From NCBI GenBank assembly GCA_051294905.1, contig CM119372.1, positions 3,660,001-3,724,000 on the forward strand: a stretch of 64,000 nt of DNA. The letters are read 5' to 3'. Within the stretch, counting starts at the first letter, position 1, and each line of letters starts with the position of its first letter. A model generated the notes under the pieces. That model saw only the letters and a program-made list of their open reading frames with translations, did not search any database and was not told where the DNA came from. Shown here piece after piece: positions 14,462 to 27,126 of this stretch. Origin of the DNA: Botryllus schlosseri. Lineage: Eukaryota. Both the position numbers and the translations under genes were made by a program.

Positions 14462-15082
14462 GTAGGAAATTAGTTCCTCAACGTATACTATAGTGCACTT
14501 TCCCATGAAAATCAGATGACAAGTACATTTCCATAACCAAATTACTGTCTTAGTCACTCACATTTCGTCGATCAAACAAACAGTTGTTCCCATACCGTAT
14601 AGGTATAGGGTTGCATTGAAAACAGACATCCAAATTATGACATGAAAGTTATCCTACTTTATCTAGCTATATGCCTTGTTTTAAATATGTATGCAGTTAT
14701 TTCAAAAAATCCTAAAAATATTCGTGGCACACCTCAGAATCTCTGGCGGCCAACAGTTTGGGAAGTCTGTAGGCTAGAGTTTGGGCCGATTAATTTCGAA
14801 CAGGGAATGTTACGACGAAACAGAACCTCTGACTTCAAATGTTTGTTTTAGTAACTTTGAGGCAGAATCTTCCTTCTTTCTTCATAAATAGATAAGTGGG
14901 AATAATGCTATGTCATACGAATTTTATTTATTTTCTTAAAAACCAGTTTTCTGGCCAGCGTTTGAATATGATATTGCTACATCGGTTGCAGCATTTCGTA
15001 AGGAAAATAGCAACAAAAAGAATACTCTTACATAAATCATTGAATTAAAATATATAGAAAATTCTCCAGTCGGAGAGGAATT

Positions 15083-16400
15083 ACTATTAATATTATTATT
15101 CACAGCTGCACTTATAATTACGTGTTAATGTCTTGTGCTCCACGGACTACAACCCAAAGAAATTCAGAAAATAAGTTTAGACAAAGCTGACGACAGGGTG
15201 GAGTTAGACAACATTAAGCAGGGTAAAATGAAGGTTAAATCTAGTACGCTCGTCGTGCAAAAACTGCATTGGTATTGGTATTCCGGACATACAATAATGA
15301 AATGATGCACTCTTTCGGGTATACGGCAACGTTCACAAAGAAGAGAGGTAACACGACCGATTTTGAAGAGATCACTCCTGAGCGTGCAGCAGTGTCCGGT
15401 GAGGATCCGAAACATGAAGTTTTCGAAAAGACGATTGGACACTTGGACAGCATCGGTGAAGGCGTAAGGATGGACTCTCGAAATTGACGATAGTGAGACC
15501 CAGTCTGTGGAGATATATTTGTCTTGCCATAGGTCAATACACATCGATCTGATGGTGGTCTTGGCTTCAGGAAGTGATACTGTCGACCGCACAAGTTCAT
15601 TAGGTTGACTATTTCCCGGATCCCACTGCGCCAGGGAATCCCAGCGAGATTTACATGGAAGACTGGGGCTCCAAAAATAGTTAATGAAATATTGTTAGTA
15701 GCCTACCACATGGCAGCTGCATTCGTGATACAGTTGAAGTAGATTCCAGACAATCTGACAGAATGATATATCCGGAGCATGAAGAGCCCTGTTCTGTAAT
15801 AATCCACTTCAATGCATAATGGATGGCGCTCAACTCGGTTGACTAACGGAAATAAACTTGCGGTAACACACGCTGAACGGAGTGCACGAGGATAAAAAGA
15901 CGGCAGCCAACTCCGTTATCAGTATTGAACCCGTCTGTTCACATCGTCAGGTATACCCTTCATAGTTTTCAAGAGTAAAATCATGCTATTAGAGAAGACT
16001 ATTAGATAGAATAACTGAGGGCGTGGAGCACTTAGATATATTCTTGCTTAGTTCGAGTTCCACATTTTGACATGGCGGAGTTGAAAAAGGTCATGGGGTG
16101 ATCTGTACAGCTTCATCTCTCGAAGTGAAGCAATCTGCGTGATTACATTGAATGTTCTGAAATTGCTATTGTTAGATTATATATCTCATGCCATGTCCCT
16201 TCTAAAATTTGTTCATAGTAGGAATTCATCGATGACACCTATTGCAGTTGCCAGTGATAATTCAGACACAGCTGTAGGCCTACATGACGAAGTTCCAGCA
16301 GTCTCAGTGCGCATACCGGTTAACTTCGCATCGCTCCACAGCAGTATATAAGGGCTATGAATACAACAACAAAAAGACTCTTGGAAATATCATTCAAATA
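15083..16400 (-). mobile_element. I/Nimb-clade LINE 3' relic (RNase H and CCHC knuckle), intronic
   Basis: Minus strand has a DGS motif (~15930), QWDPGN (RNase H end) and RILTGHCCTLRSDLFKIG...CERCRIPERVHHFIIVC. (TAA)n-like tail at 15083-15100. Confidence 0.75.
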
Positions 16401-16473
16401 AATTGTAGCCTACAAATATCCTCCTTTCGAAAAGGAATTAAAACCACGTATTTGATGAATAATATATGAAGAT

Positions 16474-16790
16474 ATTCATTCATCATCATCATTGGCTTAT
16501 TAGCAATTTTTATCAGTTCAATACACCACAAAAATGCGATACAATGAAAAGATAGGAAGGTGTCGAAGCGACTTGGAGTATCCACCTTGGCCTATAGGCG
16601 ATGTAAAGAGGAGGAATGCACACTGTATAAAAAGTAAAAAAAAGATAGAATAGAAAAAAGCAAGCGACAAAAATTGGTTGGCGTGTCATGGAAGGCGAAA
16701 TCGATAGGTCAGGTCGTGGTCCGGTAATCTTGAGGATGGACTAGAATTTATTTAGTAGCAATTGCTTGTATTTCGACTTGAATGTGGACA
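16474..16790 (-). mobile_element. LINE 3' end, same family as 3656-4014
   Basis: Near full-length reverse complement of 3656-3990, including the (GAT)n tail. Confidence 0.75.
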
Positions 16791-17414
16791 TATCTGAAAA
16801 AAATCACGACACAAACATAATATTCATATCGGTAATGATAGCACTATCACCAGTAATCGGTTCCAACTATTTTGTGTCAGCCGGTTCTGTTACAAATGTC
16901 ATATTTATCAGCCCAACATACAGAAAATGATATTTTAGTGATTTATAGTGATATTATAGTGCCCCCACCATGGGAATTAAGATACCCCATGTAACATCAT
17001 TGGCCAAGAGCGGCCTGATGGCACAGATAAGACTACTATCGTGATGTGCTCTTACAGTCGCTTTTCTCTTAAGCTACTCTTAACAATTCTGTGGAATATC
17101 TTGATTAATGCGTGATAATAACCTGCAAATGCTAGTGGTCCAGTAGCTACATGGAGGATATTAACCATCATTTAACGATTTAAAAAAATTCAGCAACAGG
17201 GATATTGTTTCTTTGGTATGAGAAAGCCCAATGACTGGTCAGTCATGGGCTCTGCAAGACCATATATATCTATGTACTTTTCTTTATATTTAATCAAACT
17301 TTTGGGTATCATTAAATTAGAACCGTTCGGTTTGCACCCAATTTTTGAATTTACACTGTCCGCCGGTCTTCCAGGAGTAATGTTGCAGATGTTAACACCA
17401 TGAATTTGTTTTAG

Positions 17415-17561
17415 AGCTTGTGCCTTGATCTGATAATTCGTAAAGGAACGGACATTGATTACCTCATTGACGACATGGTTGAAAGATTTGGGTTGGAGGA
17501 ACTACTAAAGTGGCTACGTTCAGATCGCGACATAATACAGAAAATCGACCAAATAAAAGAA
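17415..17561 (+). CDS. LRR gene exon, helical N-terminal region
   Basis: ttgttttag|AGC acceptor, SLCLDLIIRKGTDIDYLIDDMVERFGLEELLKWLRSDRDIIQKIDQIKE. Phase-0 donor at 17562 (alternative 17568). Confidence 0.6.
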
Positions 17562-17604
17562 GTGTGGGTAGGGATTTTATCAGTTCGTATAGTGCTAACT
17601 ACAA

Positions 17605-19028
17605 CACTGGTCAACAAAATATCTAGGAGTCTTTTCGGTGGTTTTCAAGGTTGCTGATTGCGAACATCACATTAATTTTGCCAGATTGGCTCTACTTTGG
17701 GAGATACGTAAACCCCCAATAAGCCCAAATTACTGTATTCACTCCCGGAATATTGCACTTGATATGAAGTAAGCAGTAGCTTTTTTTATCTCTATGCTGC
17801 GCATAAATAGATAATTGACTATATAAATAACTCTCATGTCGTCTTCCGTTATTCAATCAATATGAACATGACCTGATTTGAGATCTTTATTTGTTAAAAA
17901 TGCAGTTTGTCAAACCTAAAAATTGTACTTTTGCACAACGGCAATGTATTTTTCCTGTGCCAGTTGTTCATTCTACCAAGTGAAAGAGGAGTTTAACGCT
18001 ATCAAATTTGTCCTTGGAGAATTTAACTACAATACTCATATGCGTCGCATCTCTTTTCACTAGTAGCCTAAATAAAGGAATTCCTGTTGAGCCAACAATC
18101 TTGGTATACCTGGTATCGCTATCAAACGAGAAGCGTAAAGCTAGTATCTATGATAGACCTCAGATATTCGAATACTAATGAAAGATTCTAATTTTATACC
18201 AACAAAAGAGCACAGTGCATGGAATTCAATAAAGGGTGTAGAAAATAAACGTTGTGAAAGTTCACAAAGCTCCAACTACAAACAGTTGCTCTGAAAATTG
18301 GTATCTGCATATGAAAAACTTAGAGCAAACATGAGCAATAGAGTTCACCTCCTGTTCAGTCATCTTGATATATTTCCTGATCATTTTGATGAATATAGAG
18401 TGAAAAGAAATGGGTAAGGTTCCACCAAGACATCAAAACAACAAAATAAAGATATTAGGACCGATAAGATGAACATATTATGGCAGACTATTGCTGAAAC
18501 CTTTCGAAAGACTACACTAAATTGCTTATAAGCGAAAATCATACAAGAAATTTTTTTAATAATTAATTATTATTTAATAATATTATAGTGCTACTGATTA
18601 TTTATAATTTACAATAGGTGTTTGACATAAAACTGATTCAATGAATTCAATTTTGATTGATTATTCAGGTAGATACGTTGTTCATACATAATTGGAGCTC
18701 ATTTACGTACCTGATATCCGTGAAAGTCTCCAACTCGGATAAATATAATACCCCTAATTATAATGATGTTGTTGTATTTTGTTTCAAAACAGTCGTCAGT
18801 GTATAAAAATAACAAATATATTGAATTTCTGAACTCTATAAAACGATTGAGCTGTTTTTTCATCAGTCCATACAGCGAAAATATGAGATTTTAGTCAAAA
18901 ATAGCTCCATGGGTTATCTCCGAAACAAGAGCCAATTTCATAAACTAAGGTGATATTTGGAATCAGTGTCCTTCAGAACCAAAAAGCCACTCTTACTTTG
19001 TTTGCCTATAAATATGTGTTCACCAGTG
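17605..19028 (+). mobile_element. Chapaev3-like DNA transposon relic, intronic
   Basis: TIRs CACTGGTCAACAAAATAT / ATATGTGTTCACCAGTG with flanks caa/taa. Decayed transposase motif MSNRVHLLFSHLDIFP...RFHQDIK...IMADYC at ~18330-18495. Family name is from recall. Confidence 0.65.
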
Positions 19029-19391
19029 TAATCTGATCGTCTGCCTCGTTATTTATTCCGATATTTTAACCAGTAATAGCAATATGCAATTACGAACTCT
19101 TTAACCTCCATCAATTAATCCGACCGATCTACCGTTCTTTTTTGTCAGTCTATTTTGAAAAATAAAGTAAAATTACCCGAAATGAACCGTCGATAAAATC
19201 TGCTTAATTGGCATTCTTGTAATAGTCATTGTTATTCAATTTTCGTCTCCGCGACCTCAGATAAGTCGACTCCATTGGGGTTGCGACCCCTAGGCTGGGA
19301 GCTCCTGTACTATATGATCCCCGTTATTTTCAACGTCGGACTGGAGTCTTCGAGCAATATCTGATCACAAATATGCTCTTTATATTTATAG

Positions 19392-19545
19392 GTGTCGGAA
19401 ACGAAACAAGAAATTCTGATGACTACTATGAGTAATTCCCTTGTTCAAAGATATACAAAAAATGATGACATAGTTGCTGACGATGGATTTCATTCAGATC
19501 CCGATCGGGAGCCCCTCAATGAAGTTTACGAGATAAAGGATAAAG
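19392..19545 (+). CDS. LRR gene exon
   Basis: tttatag|GTG acceptor, VSETKQE...VYEIKDK, phase-1 donor G|GT that matches the next exon (G+AC = Asp). Confidence 0.6.
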
Positions 19546-19563
19546 GTTCTGACAAGCTTATAT

Positions 19564-20270
19564 TGGGTTGCATTTAAAACAAATGGTTGCTTAAAACCCT
19601 TTGTTTAAAACATGTTTTAAACAGTATTTTACACAAAGGCCCTAAAAAAATTGTGTTTGTAAAATCATGCCATAATTGTGTGAATATTTTCCAAAAAACA
19701 TGTTGTATATGAGCCTATACGGAAAATTACCATCGGATATGGTCGACGTATGGGATGATTGGAACACTCAAATTAGTCGGTTCAACAGCTATGGTACGTA
19801 GATATTTCGTCAAAGGAGTTATATTTACCCTATATTTTCAATTGTCAATGTCAATCCAGAATGACGTCAGAATTGAATATTCGTGACGTCATGACCTTTA
19901 AAAAAATTGTTTTTCAAGTTGTAAAATTGTATCATAATTGTTAAATTGCTTTCCAAAAACATGTTGTATGAGCCTGCGGACAATTACCACCCGATAGAGC
20001 CGACGCATATCGATATAAAATGGTTGAAACCCTCAAAATAGTCGATTCAACAGCAAAAGTAGGCTACGTACATATATTTGCTCAAAGGAGCTATATTAAC
20101 CCTATATTTTCAATTATCAATGCCAATCCACTATGATGTCACAATTGAATATTCGTGACGTCATGGCTTTAAAAACAAAAACAAAAAAACAATAAAAAAT
20201 ATATTTTAAACAAGGGCCATTTTTTAAACATGTCTGTTTTAAATTGATTTTTGTTTTAAATGCAACCCCG
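19564..20270. mobile_element. MITE with an internal diverged tandem duplication
   Basis: TIRs gggttgcatttaaaacaa / ttgttttaaatgcaaccc. Block ending gaatattcgtgacgtcatg occurs twice. Confidence 0.7.
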
Positions 20271-20472
20271 TTCATATCTCCACTGTATTACGTAGAACAT
20301 CTTGGTAGATTATTGCACAGGTGCCGCAGTCGGTTCCTATTGAAACAGATAGAAGTAATAATGTGTAGAAGGCTAGCAATTTCTAGACCAGGAAGTACTA
20401 AAATCCAGAATAATTATTACAGCGATCAAATTACTGACAATGGAATAATTTAACGTGAACTATTTTCTCAAG

Positions 20473-20690
20473 ACCCTGAAATTTCACAAGTGATACTGGA
20501 AAATGATGGCCCCAACCTGATTGATTGCTTTGGAGTTGCTCATCGTACAATCACTGAAAAAGATGTGGACGATATTGCAAATGCTTTGTCGGAGGATAAC
20601 GTACAAGAAGAATTGGAATTTCGCAACTGCGGTCTGAATGAATTTCTACTGGAGAAGCTGCTGGATAAAGTCAAAAGTCTTAACGCGAAG
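20473..20690 (+). CDS. LRR gene exon, start of the LRR region
   Basis: ttttctcaag| acceptor, ...DVDDIANALSEDNVQEELEFRNCGLNEFLLEKLLDKVKSLNAK, AAG|GT donor. Confidence 0.75.
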
Positions 20691-21030
20691 GTTGTTCTCG
20701 CTATATGTGGTTGTATAACAGTGATGGTGCTTAGTTGACAATGTTGGCTGTTTCTTTGCATCTCCATCATCAAAGCGCCGCGATGGTGATGGTGCAAACT
20801 ATAATTAACTATCTTCCGTCCTTCAAGTAGAAATCATATCGTGTTTTGTGAAAGTATTTCAACAACACGTTGTCTAGAAGTCGAATATGTAACTGATACT
20901 TGGCATTAAAATAGGCCTATACATATATATTCTACGCCCTTCAATCGTGAACTTTAATCGTTCAAAATATAGCAATGATGTTAGACTGGTTTCGCGGAAA
21001 TAATAATAATAACTCGAGAAGTGTCCGCAG

Positions 21031-21198
21031 ATCAAGATCAAGAAGCTTAGCGTTACCGCCCACAAGGATATCGATACACTTTTCCCGAGCATTTGCAAGT
21101 TTATGGAGATGTGTGGTACAACGGAATTGAATATCGAAGAATGTGATGGGTCGGAGACGTGTATGGAAATACTGAGCAACTGCATTGATGAATATAAG
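21031..21198 (+). CDS. LRR exon, 168 nt, phase 0
   Basis: cag|IKIKKLSVTAH...TELNIEECDGSETCMEILSNCIDEYK|GTATTG. Confidence 0.75.
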
Positions 21199-21716
21199 GT
21201 ATTGATAGCATAAGCTATTCAGTTATATGAGTCACATCTCGGAAAATAGCACGTTATGTAATATGTGCAAGACGTGTTAAGCAACATATATGCATGATAG
21301 TAAAATCACTTCGTGAGCCCCCCAAAAATGCTGGTCTTGGCCCCTCCATAGGGAGGTAAACCAAACTTATGGGGAGCTTCGCCCCCCCCCCCCCCCCCAT
21401 ACCCTGTCCCAGTCTGAGTCGTGTGTTATCAAAAAGACGCTGTTCTCGTTCTCGGTTAACATCGAACTATCGTCGTCTCGTCCAATCCAAGTCTTGGTTG
21501 AATTCGGTCAATGAAATTCGAATTGCATATATTGCTGTTAATTTACGAATTAATTTTGGGGCCCCTTCGATCTCGCCCCCCCCCCCCCCCCCCCCCCCCC
21601 CCCCGCCGCCGAATTGGGGGGTTTGGGTGCGGCAGTTACAGCCCTGTCTATATTATACATATTTATGTACCCCCAACAACAGCGAAATGTTGGAATGATG
21701 TACCGCTCCATATTAG

Positions 21717-21869
21717 GGGAAACTGGAAAAGCTGGATCTCAGTTATCGAGTAGACAACGATTATAAGAAGCTTGGGGAAATTCTTGCCAAAGAAATCTGT
21801 GAATTGTCATTGGTGAACTGCCGTGTGCGATTGGAAGATTTTAAAAATATGAAGGGACAGGGCAGTAAG
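21717..21869 (+). CDS. LRR exon, 153 nt, phase 0
   Basis: tag|GKLEKLDLSYRVDNDYKKLGEILAKEICELSLVNCRVRLEDFKNMKGQGSK|GTGAGA. Confidence 0.8.
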
Positions 21870-22123
21870 GTGAGAGACCATATATAAGATTTGCGCAAAT
21901 TTTTAATATGTTATAAACATACACCATAACCTTTTTTTTCTGCGCAGAACACACAACAACGATACACGAAGCCACAATGATATGTAATACAGTAGCATAC
22001 CTGATATCGCGTTAACATGATTTCACTAAAGTGCTGCCCGCTTATACATCGAATCTGTCGTTAGATGTAATTGATGCTTAAACTTTCTCAATATTTCCCG
22101 TGTCTCAGTTAATCCTTTATAGT

Positions 22124-22386
22124 TTACCGGACCACGACTTGACATATCGATCACGCCTTCCGACACATGACACCATTTTTGTCACTTGTCCTTTTATATT
22201 ATCTCCTTTTTACTTTTCATTCAGTGTGCACTGTGCATGCCTCCTTATTTCCATCGCCTAGACCAGGTGGGTGTCTGATTTCGAAGACTATACTCCAAGT
22301 CGTTTCGACACCTACCTCTCTTTCATTGTATCGCAGTCTTGTGGTGTATGATGAAAATTGTAGCAATAAATTGAATTGAATTGAAT
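22124..22386 (+). mobile_element. LINE 3' end, same family as 3656-4014
   Basis: Shared UTR, AATAAA, then (TTGAA)n tail. Confidence 0.7.
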
Positions 22387-22550
22387 ATAACTTATACGTT
22401 ACGAAGTTGGGAGGGAAGACTCGTCTTCATTGAATGTTAAACATTATTAGAAACTTAATGATTAACCATAACACAGGCACAGGCATTCGCTGAAATGTTT
22501 ATGCGAAATGGCAATAGCAAAACGGGTGATCCTTAAAGCTAGATGTGTGA

Positions 22551-23460
22551 TAGGGGCAAAGTATAGAAACCATCGGTAACAAATTTTAGAAAATATCCTA
22601 AAACAATAGAATGACATATCGATTATTGTTATATGTTGAAAGAAAAACTGATACTAGCTTCATGAATTCTTGAGATTAGTGACAGCTTATCGAAGTAGTC
22701 TCCCTTTATCGTAAGTCTTATGAGAAATTATAGAGCAATCGTGAAGGAGTGTTGCGTTGAAATATACGTTCGAATCAATACCAGACAAATATAATCTACG
22801 CATGCGACCAACTGGTATCATACGATCTACGCGAATTCACAACTGTACCTTGACAATGTACATGGCAGATATTTTGCAAGTGAAATGAGATGATATGACC
22901 AGAGGTGGTCTCGGCGGTCGAAACCTCTCCCATTTTTAACTTGAAACCCCTGAACTACGGCGAGCTATGCGATTGCGATGTAACACTCGGTCAAGACTGA
23001 CGACGACAAACAGAATTAATTCATGCATAACTGAATGCGAACAGACTCCAGAGGAGGAGGAGGCCGAAACGACCAGTTCGCGGTCTCTTAAATCTGGCAT
23101 CCACGTCGGCCTAGCATCCGATGTCACAGTCTTTTTGCTGTTAATCTGTAGTCGGCGGTCCTATTTAAGAGTCTCTTTCTTGCTCTTTTCATTCTCTTTT
23201 TTCTTTTTTTGAATACGTTCTTCATCGGGTGTTTTACTGGGCTTTTTGTCGCCGTAAGAACTGCGACACGGAAAAGACGAGCCCAGATTAACCTGCTACG
23301 GTGGGATTTGAACCTGGGCAGCCACAAGATGTGTTGCACGCTGAAGATAACAAAAAATGAGAAGGGTCTGATGAATCATCTGAAATCGGTGTCATTATGG
23401 AACATATTCGGAGATTTTGATTTGTGAAAATAGGTCGCCGAGGTCGCGTATGAATTTGCA
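22551..23460 (-). mobile_element. Decayed pogo-like transposon 3' part, intronic
   Basis: Minus strand FSVQHILWLPRFK...AVLTATKSPVK, a Lys/Arg-rich run and a poly-Ser run. TAGGGG at 22551 is a possible terminus. Confidence 0.4.
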
Positions 23461-23651
23461 CGCGAAATGGAGTGATTGAAATGTCCTGAATCGTTCTAAT
23501 ATGAAGCTAACTTCCTAAATTGTGGGGAAATGTCCAACTCGCCCTTTTTTTCGGCTGGCTAGCACTTGGTCGTACATGTATCATATTTCCATGAAATTTG
23601 CCAAAAAGTTCTATGTTATGCAACTCAACTTTGACTGATATTTTCCATTAG

Positions 23652-23810
23652 CTCAAATATCTTGACATCAGCTACAATCCTGTTGATGGGGAGTCGATGT
23701 CAATGTTACCTGGCCTACTATGCCAACAAGGAGAAGTCACTCTGATCATGGAAGGATGCGACATTTCAGCTCATGAACTGAGTCGCTTCGAAAATTCGAA
23801 CGGTATGAAG
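23652..23810 (+). CDS. LRR exon, 159 nt, phase 0
   Basis: ttttccattag|LKYLDISYNPVDGESMSMLPGLLCQQGEVTLIMEGCDISAHELSRFENSNGMK|GTAGGA. Confidence 0.85.
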
Positions 23811-23875
23811 GTAGGACGTAGGATATCATTGAAACCCTTTTGCAATTTCAAGGTATCACGTAAAATATTATCTAG

Positions 23876-24040
23876 ATCGAAAAGCTGGATCTGAGTTATA
23901 ACGAAACTTTGGAGTCGGAAGGATTAGAAGAAGTTGGGCGCCTTATAAGACGTTTTGGTTCTGAGCATGTCCGACTCTCATCGTGCGACTTAACGGAAGA
24001 GTCGTTGAGCTCTTTCACGAATGGCATTGAGTCTCATCAG
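23876..24040 (+). CDS. LRR exon, 165 nt, phase 0
   Basis: tag|IEKLDLSYNETLESEGLEEVGRLIRRFGSEHVRLSSCDLTEESLSSFTNGIESHQ|GTGATT. Confidence 0.85.
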
Positions 24041-24141
24041 GTGATTTATATAGTAGATGTGACTGCGATAAATATATGGTCGCAGTGAATCGGTGTCACT
24101 ATTAGCTGCGTTAATATTCAATACTGCCGTAATATATTTAG

Positions 24142-24309
24142 TTGCAAAGCCTCGATTTGAGTAATAACACCGGCATCGCTTCGTGTCCTGAAAAGATAGC
24201 TGAGCTAATACGTGTCTCTCGATTGGATGAACTTGACCTGAGCGATTGCAGGATGACGTCAACGCAAGTTCAAAGACTGGGTGAATCGATGAGTGCACGT
24301 GACATCAGA
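24142..24309 (+). CDS. LRR exon, 168 nt, phase 0
   Basis: tttag|LQSLDLSNNTGIASCPEKIAELIRVSRLDELDLSDCRMTSTQVQRLGESMSARDIR|GTAAGA. Confidence 0.85.
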
Positions 24310-25035
24310 GTAAGAACACGACAAATAGCTAATTGTCAAAGTGTATCTCAAGTTTCGAGAAGTTGCATCATATTCTAGATCAGGGGTGGGCAAACTACGG
24401 CCAGCGGGCCGCATGCGGCCCTCGACACCGTTTTGTGCGGCCTGCGAAAGGCTCAGGAATCGTATTTACAATATTGGAAAAATGCGCAGTAAAAATCTAA
24501 TTTCTGCAGAGACTCGATTAAACTTTTTTTCATTATATTTCACCAATTATAAGTTATATACTGACTAGTATAATTTTTATTTCATTGCTGGTGCGATAGC
24601 CCGACTTCAAATGCCCACGCATTTTAAAAGGTTTCAATTGACAGTACAGAAAGTCAAAATAGGAATGAGTTTCGGATCATGAGTGTAATATTACATTGGC
24701 GACTCCAGCAAGTTTATTACTTTTATTGCTGTACTTGGAAAAATCGATTCGCGCGTGTGGTATGTAGATTCGTTTTCTGTATGTGCAGAAGTATTTATAT
24801 GTATAAAATCGATATATATCATATTTGAAGCTAACATGGTTATGACGCTGTCAGCAATGTGTGTCCTAGAATCAGCAAATCTATTAATAGATTACTGCTC
24901 ACAGATTTAAATCTCCATCCTGTTCTAAGAATCGGGACAACCGACTTTCATCCCTAGTTTTGAAAATTGGTTATATTGAGGTTGACCAGCAGCTTATGAA
25001 ATCTCGCCAATGTTTCTGACGCGTGTACCATATCC

Positions 25036-25447
25036 TAGAGTTACCATTTACCATACGTCCTCTTTTTTGACTTTTTTGAAAGTGTCCTCGGAGGACGCCC
25101 AAATGTCCTATTTTTTGAGATTTTGTCCTTTTTTTTGAGAATTTTGGTTAAATACAGGGCCAAATTCGACTGAAATACCATGAATCAGCAATGAAGTAAC
25201 GCTCCGACGGGTATTTCGGGAGCTGAGCCGGAAAGTTGACCTCTTTTTTTACTCAACCAACGGAAAATGTGGAAGAAAAACTGTATTTCGGTAGTTGAGC
25301 TGGAAAGTTGACCTTCTTTTTTATTTAGTCAACCGACCACAAGATGGGTGAAATTTACCATTTTTTCAGGATTTTAGTCCGGTTTTGCATGTCTGAAAAT
25401 TTTGAAAAAGTGTCTTCTTTTCGCATTTCCTAAATATGGTAACCCTA
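25036..25447. mobile_element. Nested hAT MITE (Blackjack-like)
   Basis: TIRs tagagttaccat / atggtaacccta. Perfect TSD CCATATCC. Confidence 0.85.
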
Positions 25448-25686
25448 CCATATCCTCAAATCAATGGTTGGTTCGTTTGGAATAAATATATATATAATTT
25501 CTACATCCTCACTATATAATCAAATACCAATATTGCGTTTTGGTTTATAATCCCAATTTTATATAGGGCCTAGTGCGGAAGCGAATGGATTTAGATGTTG
25601 AATGCGCGGCCCACGAGTTTTTACAAACTGGTTACTAGGACGACCCACTTATATATTATCTCCATATTTCTTCGGTCACTATATGA

Positions 25687-25993
25687 CAGTGGTTCTCAGA
25701 CTGGAGGCGTGGAAGCATCTGAAAGGAGGCGCGAAGCCGCAGTAAGCTGAAAAATTTTAGCGCTCCGCGCGATTTGCCTCCAGTTCATGGTTACTGCTCT
25801 GTCTATTATCCATATTTCATATTTTATGATTCTGTCGTCTACAGCCATAACCTTTAATGCCATCAAACTATCCATTGGGATTGCTAGCATTCTGATTTCT
25901 CTCTTGGATATTTTGTGAAATCACGATAAAGGGGGCACGGAATTTTTCACTATCATAAAGGGAGGGCTGTCTAATAAAGTTTAAGAACCACTG
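25687..25993. mobile_element. Nested hAT MITE
   Basis: TIRs cagtggttct / agaaccactg. Perfect TSD CTATATGA. Confidence 0.85.
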
Positions 25994-26137
25994 CTATATG
26001 ATTAAATACCAATATTGCCTTTTGACTAATAATCTCAATTTATTATAGTGCGGCCCGCGAAAGGATTTAGATGTTGAACGGGGCCCGCGAGTCCAAAAGT
26101 TTGCCCACCCCTGTTCTAGATGTATATTTTGCCATAG

Positions 26138-26314
26138 GTAAGATCGATCAATCTCAGCGACAGCGAGAGAAGAAGAATCGACTCGAAATATGTCAACTCA
26201 CTCAAAGTATTTATGGAGTCCAACGTGTGCAGCCAACTGAAGCTAGTCTTACCACATCTGAGTGAAAAGGATACAGCATCGCTGAAAACAAGTCTTCGAG
26301 TCGAATCAACATGA
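26138..26314 (+). CDS. LRR gene, last clear coding exon
   Basis: catag|VRSINLSDSERRRIDSKYVNSLKVFMESNVCSQLKLVLPHLSEKDTASLKTSLRVEST, TGA at 26312-26314. Confidence 0.7.
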   Translation, partial: VRSINLSDSERRRIDSKYVNSLKVFMESNVCSQLKLVLPHLSEKDTASLKTSLRVEST

Positions 26315-26704
26315 GAGGGTGAGTTAATAAATGCTTGTGTATATACCGTCTATAGGTATCTATCTATAATTTCATTTTTTAGAGGCCGGCCTGATCCAGA
26401 TGTTTCAACGGAAATAATTGCCGATTATGTATCATATTTTGCTCAATTGGTATAGATATACCTCAATTTTATTTACTGTAGGCCGCCTACACATTGTTGT
26501 TCAGTACATATGCAACACGCTCTGTGCTGGTTGATCTCTGTCTATTGACTGTCAGACGAGGATGGCTGCCAACTTCTTGGAACTATGCTGGAGCGAGAGA
26601 TTCTGTATGAGTTCATAGTTACTCTCTACTCCATCTACGTTACAGAAGATAGACACATAATGGTCGGTTTTGCCACTGCTGAGGCTCACTGCCACTCCAC
26701 ATTG

Positions 26705-26915
26705 CAGTTCAGTTCAGTTTCTTAACAATTTTATCAGATCAATACACCACAAGATTGCGAGACAATGAAATGACAGGAATGTGTCGAAACGACAGCGGGT
26801 AGTCTTTGAAATCAGACACCCACCTGAGCCTAGGCGATGTAAAGAGGAGGCATGCACACTGAATGCAAGTAAAATAAGATAATATGAAGGACAAGCGACA
26901 AAATGAGGTGGCATT
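26705..26915 (-). mobile_element. LINE 3' end, same family as 3656-4014
   Basis: Shared UTR on the minus strand. Tail reads (cagtt)n on +. Confidence 0.7.
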
Positions 26916-27126
26916 TGCTGGTTGAACATGCATTGTAGCTGGTTATTTATTCATGCTATATTAGGTTTACCATATTTTGGAATCCGGAAAATATGACACT
27001 TTTACCAAATCAGAAAAGTTAGTTGAACAAAACTGAAATCGGTCGATTTCGCTATTTTTACTGAAAAATATAGTGGGTTGACTCCAGGTTTACACGCTTT
27101 TTACTTAAATCTAGTGGTGTTGACTA

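Larger units (their letters stand above)
24381..26113. mobile_element. hAT-Charlie-like element hosting two nested MITEs
   Basis: TIRs caggggtgggcaaact / agtttgcccacccctg. Perfect 8-bp TSD TTCTAGAT. Confidence 0.9.

Noticed and set aside
21369..21753. Poly-proline (formin-like) ORFs
   Set aside because: They come from poly-C runs in an intronic repeat between two LRR exons.
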